Positions 1 to 11,692 of a stretch of DNA of 64,000 nucleotides are shown here, piece by piece. A program made the position numbers and the translations under genes. How positions within the stretch are numbered: the stretch's first letter is position 1; every line of letters starts with the position of its first letter. A model generated the notes under the pieces. It saw only the letters and a list, made by a program, of their open reading frames with translations, did no database searches and was not told the DNA's origin. Source of the DNA: Anthoceros angustus (lineage: Eukaryota; Plantae; Anthocerotophyta). The stretch covers positions 992,001 through 1,056,000 of the forward strand of contig MU008166.1 of assembly GCA_010909165.1 (NCBI GenBank). Reading direction: 5' to 3'.

Positions 1-1974
1 TATAATCACCAAGCCAGAACTATGAAGTGCTCATCCAATAATAGTACTCATACCAACCAAGCTTGTTTACTCTAAAGTGCTCATCCAACTTTTGCAGCTG
101 AGTACTTCATACCGTTTTTAGGAAACACCCTCACATATATATAGACAAATAACGAAGATGAATAGCGATGTCTTTATGTTTCTTCGATAATGATTTTTAA
201 AATTTATTTTAAATATATATTATTAGAATGAATTTTATAATATAAAGTAAATCTTGATACACTCTTGATGAGCTTAAGTGCTAGTTGAATCAACATTATT
301 CATTTCAAGATGATTGAAAAATCTACTACATAAAGTTATCAAGTTTCGTTTGTTGTTGTGAAACTTTTTAAACAACATGAAAATATAATATAAATGCTAT
401 ATGAGTGTACAAAATTCTGAAAAATAATTTGAAACAAGAACATCAAGACAAATCGTTGTATCAAAACATTCGTGAAACATGTAGGTGATCATGAAAGGCC
501 TTTTTGGAACATGATCAAAGAGAGCTTTAGGGGGTTATCCCCCCTCGGTTCAGGGTAGATAGTTTTTCTCATCTCTTCTTTTTAATAAAGTCTCCATTGC
601 CTTTTGGAACATGATCAAAGAGAGCTTGTATAACTGATCTAGTCACAACGATGGGGAGTGCATTAATCTACATCTTGGAATTCAAGATGGGGATATTGGA
701 TAGGGTGGTCTTAGCGATGTGTTATATACTATAATTTTAAAACAAAGCTTTTCCAAGAATATGGGGTAGGAAAGGTTTTATCGATTGGTTCTATGCTATA
801 AGTTTAGAACAAACATTTCCGAGTATATGGGGTAGGAAAGGTCTTAACGATGGGTCCTATAGTATAACTTAGAACAAACCTTGTTGTTACTAATATGCTT
901 AACAAATATATATGCATACATGAGCGCATACATATATAAATGCATTTGCAACTTATGGACACATCCTAACATTGAACAATGAGCACAAGGTTCAAAGAAC
1001 ATGAACATGAGCGAATGTGTTTGTAGTAGGCTTGAATATATGCATAAAATAAACATATTTATTGCAAAGTCCATGCGATGTCCAAAAAGATGAGTGTATT
1101 CCATAGACTTTCCTCTTTTGTATATTGTACAACTCTACTTCATGAAGAAATATATTATATAATGACATTACAAGTTCTAAGTTCATGAGCACTTATCTCT
1201 AGACGTGGTCGTGCAGATACATTTTGGAGGAGGGTATCTCCACGTACGCGATGTATGGCCTATATGGGTGAACTCGGTAGTACGTACTCGCCGAATGGCT
1301 TAGACATGCGAGAATGTTTTGTTCTCGTATTCTGTTTTTTTGTTCTCGTATTCTGTTTTCAGCCTCTAAATCTAAAGAATATTAATGATACCACGAAAAC
1401 AAAACAAGCGAGATTCAAAGGACTTGAGAGGTGGATGGAGGCCACGTACTGGCGAGAGGTGGAAGAGTAACTTTCTCCAACTTAATCACAATCCGTCATA
1501 ATAACAGTTCAATTTAAAACCTAAGGAATTGTAGGCACTTGCACACAAATATTAAGATGTGTAATACATATCACAAGAAGACCAGCCAGCTAGGTACAAT
1601 CATCATATCGATGTCCATTTCACTATTTTTCATATGTTGCTTCCCCTTCTACAAGGGGATGGTGCCGTTCAGACCTGAAGTGGCTTCAGACCACCACACC
1701 TTAACCCTAGAACGCTGAATCAACTCATTTTGAGTCAATCCGTGTATGTTTCCAATCACTAATTTTTTTTTCGTGATGCGTCTGCATTGGGGACCTTTAA
1801 GCGAAGTATGCTGCATGGAAGTGGACCATGCCGGATTTTACAACGGAAAAAAAGAACCATGCCTCTCAACATTCAGAGCACATGGATCACAAAGATTCCA
1901 AGATATGCCAGTCAACAAGGCTTCTCTATTCCTAGTTCTACTTGTGCACTTATTTTTTTATAAGGAGATATGAT

Positions 1975-2210
1975 GTTTCAACATGGTAGGGAAATCGGTT
2001 AGGGTTGATATTTGTGAGGATAAATATTGTCCTCTAATGTTCTCGGGGAAAAATGTTTCGGCATGGTAGGGGACTCGATTGGGGTTGATATTTTGTGCGG
2101 ATGTATATTGACCTCTAATGTTTTCGGGGAAAAATGTTTAGGCATGGTAGGGGACTTAATTGGGGTTAATATTTTGTAAGGATGTCGATTGACCTCTAAT
2201 GTTCTCGGGA
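1975..2210. repeat. Three tandem ~80-bp repeats
   Basis: catggtaggg...gggttgatattt...ctctaatgtt(c/t)tcggg recurs at ~1982, ~2063 and ~2143. Confidence 0.8.
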
Positions 2211-5200
2211 TAAGATTTGCTTAATCGTGTGTTGTAATGAAATATAACCGATCAAAGATGCTTCAACAGGCACCTCATAAACGTAGGAGGAGGTGGCCAG
2301 CCAACTTTAGCGCCCTACTCCCAAAACAACAAGTGCCCCTCGGCAAATGGGATAATTTGGGAAGATAAGATTTGTGTGGAGGGATGAGCCCGATGATCCA
2401 AGCAAGCCGTGATCCCTTCTGCCCAAGCTATGACTTAAAGCGAGGAGCTGCATATGTTTGCTCAAGCGGAGAGTATCAACCAGCTCCTCTTCATCACGTT
2501 GGTGTGATTGGAAGCTGTCCTATCATCTGATTGTGGACGCTCCTCGTCACGCCCTACCAGTGTATGTAGTTGTCTCACCCACACGGCCTATCCGCCTGTC
2601 AAGAGCTTGTTGGAAGGAGTGCTTAGTTGATTAGTGGTCTTGTCAGATAGGTACATGTGTGGGTTTTCGTCACAGGTAGGGTAGCTGCATTCTCATGCAC
2701 CCCTTCCTCCTTGTGCTCTATGTGGCTGGAGAATTAGAGCGAGGAGCTCTTGCCAACAGACCATCTGTATCATCACAAAGGATTACAAGCTTATGTATTA
2801 CAAGTGCGTTTTGGAAAGTGATGGAAGGGTCTTGAGGAAGCTTGGCCAGTGTTGTTAGGCCGTGTTGAATTCCAATGATGTATGAGTAAAGGGCTGTTTG
2901 TGCTTTACCTTCAATGAGAAGGATATCTCACAAAAGCTGAAAGCTTTTCAGTTAAGTCAAGTTTTTATTTTACTAATGTTCACGCTGAAGAACTCATGCG
3001 ATGGAGTCTGGCACGCCCATCCATAGGACGACAAAATATACCGTATAATCAAATAACCGCAAATTTATGATGCTCAAGTAAATATCGGCTCATAATATCA
3101 AAATACTTCAATCATAAATGTACAAAAGTAAAACATCATATGACTCATGACTTCAAACGCTGATTTTTTAAACCTTTAAACGAATGATTGGGCCACAATA
3201 ATAGTACTTATACCGACCAAGCTTCGTAACTATGAAGTGCTCATCCAATAATAGTACTCATACCAACCAAGCTTGGTTACTCTAAAGTGCTCATCCAACC
3301 AGGTAGTTTGAGTACTTCATACCTATGTTTTTAGGAAACACCCTCACATATATATAGACAAATAACGAAGATGAATAGCGATGTCTTTATGTTTCTTCGA
3401 TAATGATTTTTAAAATTTATTTTAAATATATATTATTAGAATGAATTTTATAATATAAAGTAAATCTTGATACACTCTTGATGAGCTTAAGTGCTAGTTG
3501 AATCAACATTATTCATTTCAAGATGATTGAAAAATCTACTACATAAAGTTATCAAGTTTCGTTTGTTGTTGTGAAACTTTTTAAACAACATGAAAATATG
3601 ACTAATATGGTGAAATGCTATATGAGTGTACAAAATTCTGAAAAATAATTTGAAACAAGAACATCAAGACAAATCGTTGTATCAAAACATTCGTGAAACA
3701 TGTAGGTGATCATGAAAGGCCTTTTTGGAACATGATCAAAGAGAGCTTTAGGGGGTTATCCCCCCTCGGTTCAGGGTAGATAGTTTTTCTCATCTCTTCT
3801 TTTTAATAAAGTCTCCATTGCCTTTTGGAACATGATCAAAGAGAGCTTGTATAAGCGATCTAGTCAACGATGGGGAGTGCATTATTAATCTACATCTTGG
3901 AATTCAAGATGGGGATATTGGATAGGAGATGGTCTTATATACTATAATTTTAAAACAAAGCTTTTCCAAGAATATAGGAAAGGTTTTATCGATTGGTTCT
4001 ATGCTATAAGTTTAGAACAAACATTTCAGTATATAGGGTAGGAAAAGGTCTTAACGATGGGTCCTATAGTATAACTTAGAACAAACCTTGTTGTTACTAA
4101 TATGCTTAACAAATATATATGCATACATGAGCGCATACATATATAAATGCATTTGCAACTTATGGACACATCCTAACATTGAACAATGAGCACAAGGTTC
4201 AAGAACATGAACATGGCGAAATGTGTTTGTAGTAAACTTGAATATATGCATAAAATAAACATATTTATTGCAAAGTCCATGCGATGTCCAAAAAGATGAG
4301 TGTATTCCATAGACTTTCCTCTTTGTATATTGTACAACTCTACTCATGAAGAAATATATTATATAATGACTACAAGTTCTGAGCACTTATCTCTGGGCAT
4401 TGGTCGCAGAGTGGACCACATTTTGGAGGAGGGTATCTCCGATGCACGCGTATGCAGCCTATGGGTGAACTCTAGACGCATCACCGTCAATGGCTTAGAC
4501 ATGCGAGAATGTTTTGTTCTCGTGATTACGTTTTTTGTTCATTGATACATTTTCAGCCTCTAAATCTAAAGAATATTAATGACTACTCAAAACAAAACAA
4601 GCGAGATTCAAAAAAGGACTTGAGGAGAGGTGGATGGAGGCCACGTGTCTTGGCGAGAGGTGGAAGGAAGTAACTTTCTCCAACGATGCAATCAAGTATA
4701 GCAACCAGTTCAATAATGTACTAAAACCTAAAAACCGCACACAAATTGTATCTAAGATGTGTAAGATACATATCACAAGAATCACCAAGAAGACCAGCCA
4801 GCTAGGTACAATCAATGTATCGATGTACATTTCATCATATCGATTGTCCATTTATCTTTATCTTTGTGGGATGGTGCCAGTTTTACAAGTGGCTCGCACC
4901 ACCACCCAACCCCTTCTAGAAAAGGGGATGGTCAACTCATTTTCGAGTCAATCCAGACAGTGGTCTTGAGACCACCACACCTTAATTTTTTCGTGATGCG
5001 TCCGCATTGGGGACCTTGCTTCAGTATGTCGATCAAGTCCGTGGCGCTGATTTTATAACGGAAAGAACTATCTTCAATCACTCAGTATGAGGTGTCACAT
5101 GGATCACAAAGATTCCAAGATATGCGATCAACAAGGCTTCTCTATTCCTAGTTCTACTTGTGCACTTTTTTTATAAGGAGATATGATGTTTCAACATGGT

Positions 5201-5292
5201 AGGGAAATCGGTTAGGGTTGATATCACAGAGGATAAATATTTATCCCATCATGCAGTCAAAAGGCTTGCTCTTCGCATGGTAGGGACCATTA

Positions 5293-5708
5293 CGACTGTA
5301 CTCCCAGTCTTTCCATACATATTGTTAATCAAGCTGCCAGCAACAAACAAATCGACAGAGCCCTTGTTCTAAAATCTGTGCATGTAGCTGCCTACCGAGA
5401 TACAAAGCTGCCACATTTGCACATGCCTGTAGGAGGCACAAAATGTCACGCGTGTGAGTCTTGCCTTCTGCTTGCATAGCATTGTGCAGATGAAGGGCTT
5501 CCTGCCCCATACCCTGCTGGGAGTACCCTGCGATCATGGCATTCCATGTCACCACAGTTTTTTGTTCGAGTGTGTCAAACACACTCCGACCGAGCTTCAA
5601 GCTGCCGCACTTGGCATACATGTTCACCAAACTGTTGGCTACAAACACATCATCTTGATGTCCTTGTTCCCTGATCTGCACATGAAGCTCCTTCCCCTTT
5701 CCCAAAGC
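5293..5708 (-). pseudogene. Duplicated fragment (about one PLS triplet) of the neighbouring PPR gene, copy of 6822-7250
   Basis: Near-identical DNA to 6822-7250. ORF 5325..5705 reads GKELHVQIREQGHQDDVFVANSLVNMYAKCGSL...TWNAMIAGYSQQGMGQEALHLHNAMQAEG. Confidence 0.85.
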
Positions 5709-6171
5709 TTTTCAGTTAAGTCAAGCTTTTTTATTTACCTAATGTTCACGCTGAAGAACTCATGCGATGGAGTCTGGCACGCCCATCCATAGGACGACAA
5801 AATATACCGTATAATCAAATAACCGCGGGGGGAACTTTCCGATGGAGTCTGGCGTGCCCATCCCCGGGATGACATAATATTCTGTACAATGCTCCTCAAA
5901 TAACCGTGGAGGGAACTTTCCGCCCTGCGTTCGGCTCCCCGCTCGCTCGACGCTCGCTTCAGGGGACCTGAAACGCCTTAAAGGGACCATCCTGTGAACG
6001 GTGAGGCAGGGCCCTCCTCCAAATTATTTTTATAATTAATTATCGTTAAAAATATTTTAATCGATAAAAATAGCTGAAAAGCTGCTTAGGCGCGCCGGGG
6101 TTTAACTGGCACCGCTTCACATATCCTTTGCAGGACAGTTTAACCAACAAACACATTCGCCAGATACAAGC

Positions 6172-9100
6172 CTACATGTGGCCTTGCGTCCACTGGGGAT
6201 GCTTCTCATCCCCCACTAGAAAACTATGCACCAACCCGTTCCCGTCTGTCCACCAGCTCTGACCTGGCTGCTTCCATGCCCTAATCCTTTTTCTCCTTGA
6301 TTGCATCTTCTCTGCGCACTCCCACATCTGGACCCCGGTGTATATGTTTGCCATTAACACATACGCTGAGGCATCTTGGCTGTCTAGCTTCACTGTTTCA
6401 TTGAAAGCAAGGAATCCCACCTCGACATTGCACCACTTTCGACAAGCACCTAACAGAGTGCGCCAAACAGTGGCATTCGGCAGTCCAGGCATTTTTGTAA
6501 CTAAACCTAGTGCCTCATCCAGTTGTCCTGCTCGACCCAGGAGATCCACCAAGCATGTGTAGTGGTAAACCGTGGGACGGATGCCGTAGTGTCTGCTCAT
6601 AACCTCAAAATAGTCTCGGCCCTTGTTCACTAGACCTGCATGACTGCATGCTGTCAATACACTAAGGAATGTGATGGAGTCTGGCCATATGCCATTCTCC
6701 TTCATTCTCCGGACCAAGTCAAACACCACTTCACTGTCTCCTTGACAGGTGTAGCCTGCAATCAGTGCATTCCAGATGACGACGTCTCTTTCAGGCAACA
6801 TATCAAAAACTTGCTGTGCATCGACTGTACTCCCAGTCTTTCCATACATGTTAATCAAGCTGCCAGCAACAAACAAATCAGCTTGAAGCCCTTGTTCTAA
6901 AATCTGTGCATGTAGCTGCCTACCGAGATACAAAGCTGCCACATTTGCACATGCCTGTAGGAGGCACAAAAATGTCACGGTATCGGGTACAGTCTTGCCT
7001 TCTGCTTGCATAGCATTGTGCAGATGAAGGGCTTCCTGCCCCATACCCTGCTGGGAGTAATTTCAAGCATCATGGCATTCCATGTCACCTTATTAGTTTT
7101 TGGTCTGAGTGTGTCAAACACACACTGACTGAAAGCTTCAAGTCGCCGTGACTTGGCATACATGTTCACCAAACTGTTGGCTACAAACACATCATCTTGA
7201 TGTCCTTGTTCCCTGATCTGCACATGAAGCTCCTTCCCCTTTCCCAAAGCAGGGGCACCCACACTTGCACATGCCTGCAGGAGGGAGACAAATGTTACGG
7301 GATCTGGTACCGTCACTCCTTCTTCTTGCATAGCAATGTAGAGACCAAGAGCTTCCTGCAACATACCCTGCTGGGAATACCCTGCCATCATGGCATTCCA
7401 GATTACTAAATCTTTCCGACCAAGTTTGTCAAATACTCCTTGAGCATCTTCCAAACTCCCACACTTCGCATACATGTTCACCAAACTGCTTGCTACAATC
7501 ACATGAGCCTCATGCCCTTGTTCTCTGATCTGAGTATGAAGCTCCTTCCCATTCTCCAAAGCCAGAGTGCCCAAACTTGCACATGCCTGCAGCAGGCATA
7601 CAAATGTCACAGCATCAGGTACGGCCAAGCCTTCTTCTTCCATTGTGCGGTAGAGACAAAGGGCTTCCTGCCCCATGCCCTGCTGGGAATACCCTGCAAT
7701 CATGGCATTCCAAGTCACCAAATCCTTTTGACCAAGTCCATCAAACACACTCCGAGCATCTTTTAAGTTTCCACACTTTGAATACATGTCAATCAAGCTG
7801 CTGGCTACAAACATATCCACATCAAGACCTCGTCGTTCAATCTGAGTATGAAGCTCTTTCCCCTTGTCCAATGCCAGGGTGCCTGCAGTTGCACATACCT
7901 GCAGGAGGCACACAAATGTCATTGAATCTGGTGCAACAATGCCTTCTTCTTGCATCGCACTGTAGAGGCGGAGCGCTTCCTGCCCCATGTCATTCTGGGC
8001 ATACCCTCCCATCATGGCATTCCATGTCACAACATCTTTTTGACTAAGTCCATCAAAGACTCTCTCAGCATCTTCCAAGCTGCCACATCTTCCATACATG
8101 CTCACCAAACTGTTGGATACAAACAGATCACCTCCATATCCTTGTTCTCTAATCTGGGCATGGAGCTCCTTTCCATTCTCCAATGCTATGGTGCCCAAAC
8201 TTGCACATGCCTGCAGAAGGCACACAAATGTGACTGAATCGGGTAAAGCCATGCCTTCTGCTCTCATTGCACTGTAGAGAAGAAGGGCTTCCTGCCCCAT
8301 CCCCTGTTGGGAATACCCTCCTATCATGACATTCCACGTCACCACATCTTTTACGACAAGACTATCAAATAGTCTCTGAGCATCCTCCAAGCTGAGGCAC
8401 TTTGCATACATGTTCACCAAACTGTTTGCTACAAGCACATCAGATTCATGTCCCCGTTCTTTGATTTTCACATGAAGCTGCTTTCCCTCCTCCAATGCCA
8501 CAGCACCCATACTTGCACATGCCTGCAGAAGGCAGAGAAAAGTCACAAGATCGGGTTCCATGCTTTCTTCTAGCATAGAACTGTAGAGACTGAGAGCTTT
8601 CCAACCCATGCCTTGCTGTGAGTACCCTGCTATCATGGCATTCCACGTCACCACAGTTTTTTGACGAAGTCCCTCAAAGAGTATCTGAGCAGCATTCAAA
8701 CTGCCGCACTTTGCATACATGCTCACCAAACTGTTGGCTACCACCGTATCAACTTGATGTCCTCGTTCTTCAATTTGAGCATGAAGCTGCTTACCCTGCT
8801 CCAAAGCTGGGGCACCTATACTGGCACATGCCTGCAGGACGCACAGATATGTCACCGCATCTGGTACAGCCATGCCTTCTTCTAGCATAAGACCATAGAG
8901 ACGAAGGGCTTCCTGCCCCATGCCCTGCTGGGAATACCCTGCCATCATGGCATTCCAAGTGACCGCATCTTTTCGACCAAGTCCGTCAAACACTATCTCA
9001 GCATCTTCGATGCTGCCACACTTTGCATACATGTTCACCAAACTGCTGGTGACAAAAACATCAGCTTGATGGTTTTGTTCTCTGATTTGTGCATGAAGCT

Positions 9101-11543
9101 GCTTCCCCTTCGCTAAGGCGGGTGTGCCCACAGTTGCACATGCCTGCAACAGGCACACAAAAGTCACAGAATCAGCTACAGCCATACCTTCAGCTTGCAT
9201 TGCACAGTACAGATGAAGGGCTTCCTGCCCCATGCCCTGCTGGGGGTACCCTGCTATCATGGCATTCCACGTCACCACGTCTTTTTCACCCAGACCGCCA
9301 AACACAGTCTCAGCGTCCTTCAAGCTGCCACATTTTGAATACATCCTCACCAAACAACTGGTTACAAACTCGTTAGCATCATGCCCCTGTTCCATAATCT
9401 GTGCATGAAGCTGCTTCCCCCTCTCCAAAGCTGGGGTGCCCACACTTGCACATGCCTGCAAGAGGCACGCAAATGTGACAGAAGTGGGTACAGCTGAGCC
9501 TTCTTCTAGCATAGCACTGTAGAGAAGAAGCGCTTCCCGCCCCATGCCCTGCTGCAAATACCCCGCCATCATGGCATTCCATGTCACCACATCTTTTAGG
9601 CGAAGTCTGTCAAACACTCTCTGAGCATCTTCCAAGCTCCCACACTTTACGTACATGTTCACTAAACTGTTGGCTACAACCACATCAGCTTCATGTTCTC
9701 CTTCCTTGATTTGCGCATGGAGTTGCTTCCCCTTATCCAATGCCAGGGTGCCCAAACTTGCACACGCCTGCAGGAGGCACACGAATGTCACAGAATCGGG
9801 CATAGCGATGCCTTCTTCTCGCATAGCGGCATACAGACGTAGGGCTTCCAGTCCCATACCCTGATGGGAATACCCTGCTATCATGGCATTCCACGTCACT
9901 GAATCCTTTTCACCAAGTCCATCAAAAACCCTCTGAGCATCCCCCAAGCTGCCACAGTTTGCATACATGTTCACCAAACTGTTAGCTACAAACACATCAG
10001 CTTGGTATCCTTGATCACTGATCTGAGTATGGAGCCGTTTCCCTGTCTCTAATCCCATGGAGCCCACACTTGCACATGCCTGCAGGAGGCAGACAAATGT
10101 CACAGAATTGGGTACAGAGATGCTCTCTTCTTGCATGGCACTGTAGAGACGAAGGGCTTCCCGCCCCATCCCCTGCTGGGAGTACCCTGATATCATGGCA
10201 TTCCAGGTGACCACATTCTTTTCACCAAGTCCGTCAAACACTCTCTGGGCGTCCTTCAAACTGCCGCACTTTGCATACATGACCACCAGACTGTTGGCTA
10301 AAAACAAGCTACCTTGATAGCCCTTTTGTTTAATCTGCGCATGAAGCTGTTTCCCTTTCTCCAACATTGGAGTACCCACACTTGCACATGCACTCAGGAG
10401 GGATGCAAACGTCACGCAATCAGGTGCTGCAATCCCCTCTTTCAGCATAGCACTGTAGAGACCAAAGGCTTCCTGCCCCATGCCCTGCTGAGAATACCCG
10501 GATATCATGGCATTCCACGTCACTACATCCTTCTGGCCAAGACTGCCAAACACTCTTTGAGCGTTTTCCAGGCTGCCACACTTGGCATACATGTCCACCA
10601 AGCAACTCGAAACGAACAAATTAGGCCCAGCGCCATTGGCCAACACATCAGCATGCACCTGCTGCCCAGCTTTCAAGTCAGATCCCCTTGCACAAGCCTG
10701 AAGGGCTGCAACAAACACATGCCCATCTGGCTGCACCTTAGACCTGCGCATCCGATGATACAATTGTATTGCCTCCTTGTCTTGACCGTGTTTAACATGC
10801 GCCGAAATTATGGCAGACCACGTGAAGGAATCCGGTTCGGCAACGGCTTCAAACACGTCCATAGCATCTTGCAACCTGCCATGAGCAGCATACATTCGCA
10901 GAAAGTGGAAGCCCAGGAAGGTATCTGATTGATATCCCCTTTTCACAGCAAACGCATGCACGCGGCTACCCAGAGCCACATCCTGCTTAGCCACACATTT
11001 CCTCAAGACAGCATATAACAAAGATCCGGAAACACAATGGTCTGTCTGCAGACTAACTTCCAAAGCCTCAACAGCCTCGGTGAGATGGCCCTCTCGACAC
11101 AGCCATCTCACAGTTTCAGCCGTCACGCCCCCATCGTAACCTGCAGGCCTCCGGCGGTCCGGCACATGCATGGTCCTGTTGGAAGCACGACAACCCATCC
11201 CCGCATCCAAAGCAGCAAGCTGCGAATCCACCCAAGCTGGTTTGTACAAGTTGTTCAACCAGAGGACCTCTTGGGACTGCCGGTGCCGGAAGTCAGCAAG
11301 GAGGCCCTTCCCATTTTGCCTGTTATCCCACCAAAGTGCTGGGTCCCAGAAAAATTGTCGCCACAACTTCTCCTGACGACGGGCCTCGCCGGAAAACCCG
11401 TCCCCAGACAACCATCTTCGTGGACGGGCTGGCTGTCTTGCAAAGGTGCTGCATCTCCCGACTTGGTTGTGCGCCATCGGTTGGCTGCACGAAGTTAGAC
11501 GAGCTGGAGCTCTTTCCAGAAAACCCAGAACCCCAACAGCCAT
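6172..11543 (-). CDS. PLS-class pentatricopeptide repeat protein (organellar RNA-editing factor type): ~13 P1L1S1 triplets + P2L2S2 + E1/E2 + truncated DYW of the 'WW' PG-box type; one frameshift at ~7050-7150
   Basis: ORFs 6975..11897 and 6172..7044 join into a single intronless array with repeating VVTWNAMIAGY / VTFVCLLQACA / NSLVNMYAKCGSL motifs. The C-terminus reads HYTCLVDLLGRAG...WRTLLGAC...SAYVLMANIY...KQPGQSWW...HSFLVGDEKHPQ. The most plausible ATG is MAVGVLGFLERAP at 11543, which resembles a transit peptide. Confidence 0.93.
11217..11366 (-). other. OSB-type 'PDF-motif'-like segment in the PPR N-terminus
   Basis: LWRQFFWDPALWWDNRQNGKGLLADFRHRQSQEVLWLNNLYKPAWVDSQL matches the W..FF..P..WWDNR..K.....DFKHK...E.LWL.....P.WV pattern of organellar ssDNA-binding (OSB) proteins. 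Confidence 0.7.
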
Positions 11544-11626
11544 CGCTGCCACAACAAGCGGATGCAATACGCCCGAACACGTTGCTGAACACCATGATGC
11601 GCTCCTCAAGGTCGTCTGCCATACTG

Positions 11627-11692
11627 CACAAGGTGGCCTATGTAGTATGTAAGGTGTTACCACAAGGTGGCCTATGTAGTATGTAAGGTGTT
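11627..11692. repeat. Perfect 32-bp direct repeat (34-bp period) upstream of the probable PPR start
   Basis: cacaaggtggcctatgtagtatgtaaggtgtt at 11627 and 11661. Confidence 0.9.

Larger units (their letters stand above)
1..5826. repeat. Large direct (tandem) duplication of an AT-rich non-coding unit: unit 1 ~1-3060, unit 2 ~3200-5826
   Basis: ctatgaagtgctcatccaataatagtactcataccaaccaagcttg occurs at ~20 and ~3230, and colinear similarity continues for ~2 kb. Both units end in the same ~120 bp (aagcttttcagttaagtcaag...caaataaccgc at 2941-3060 and 5705-5826). The copies differ mostly by small indels. Confidence 0.9.
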
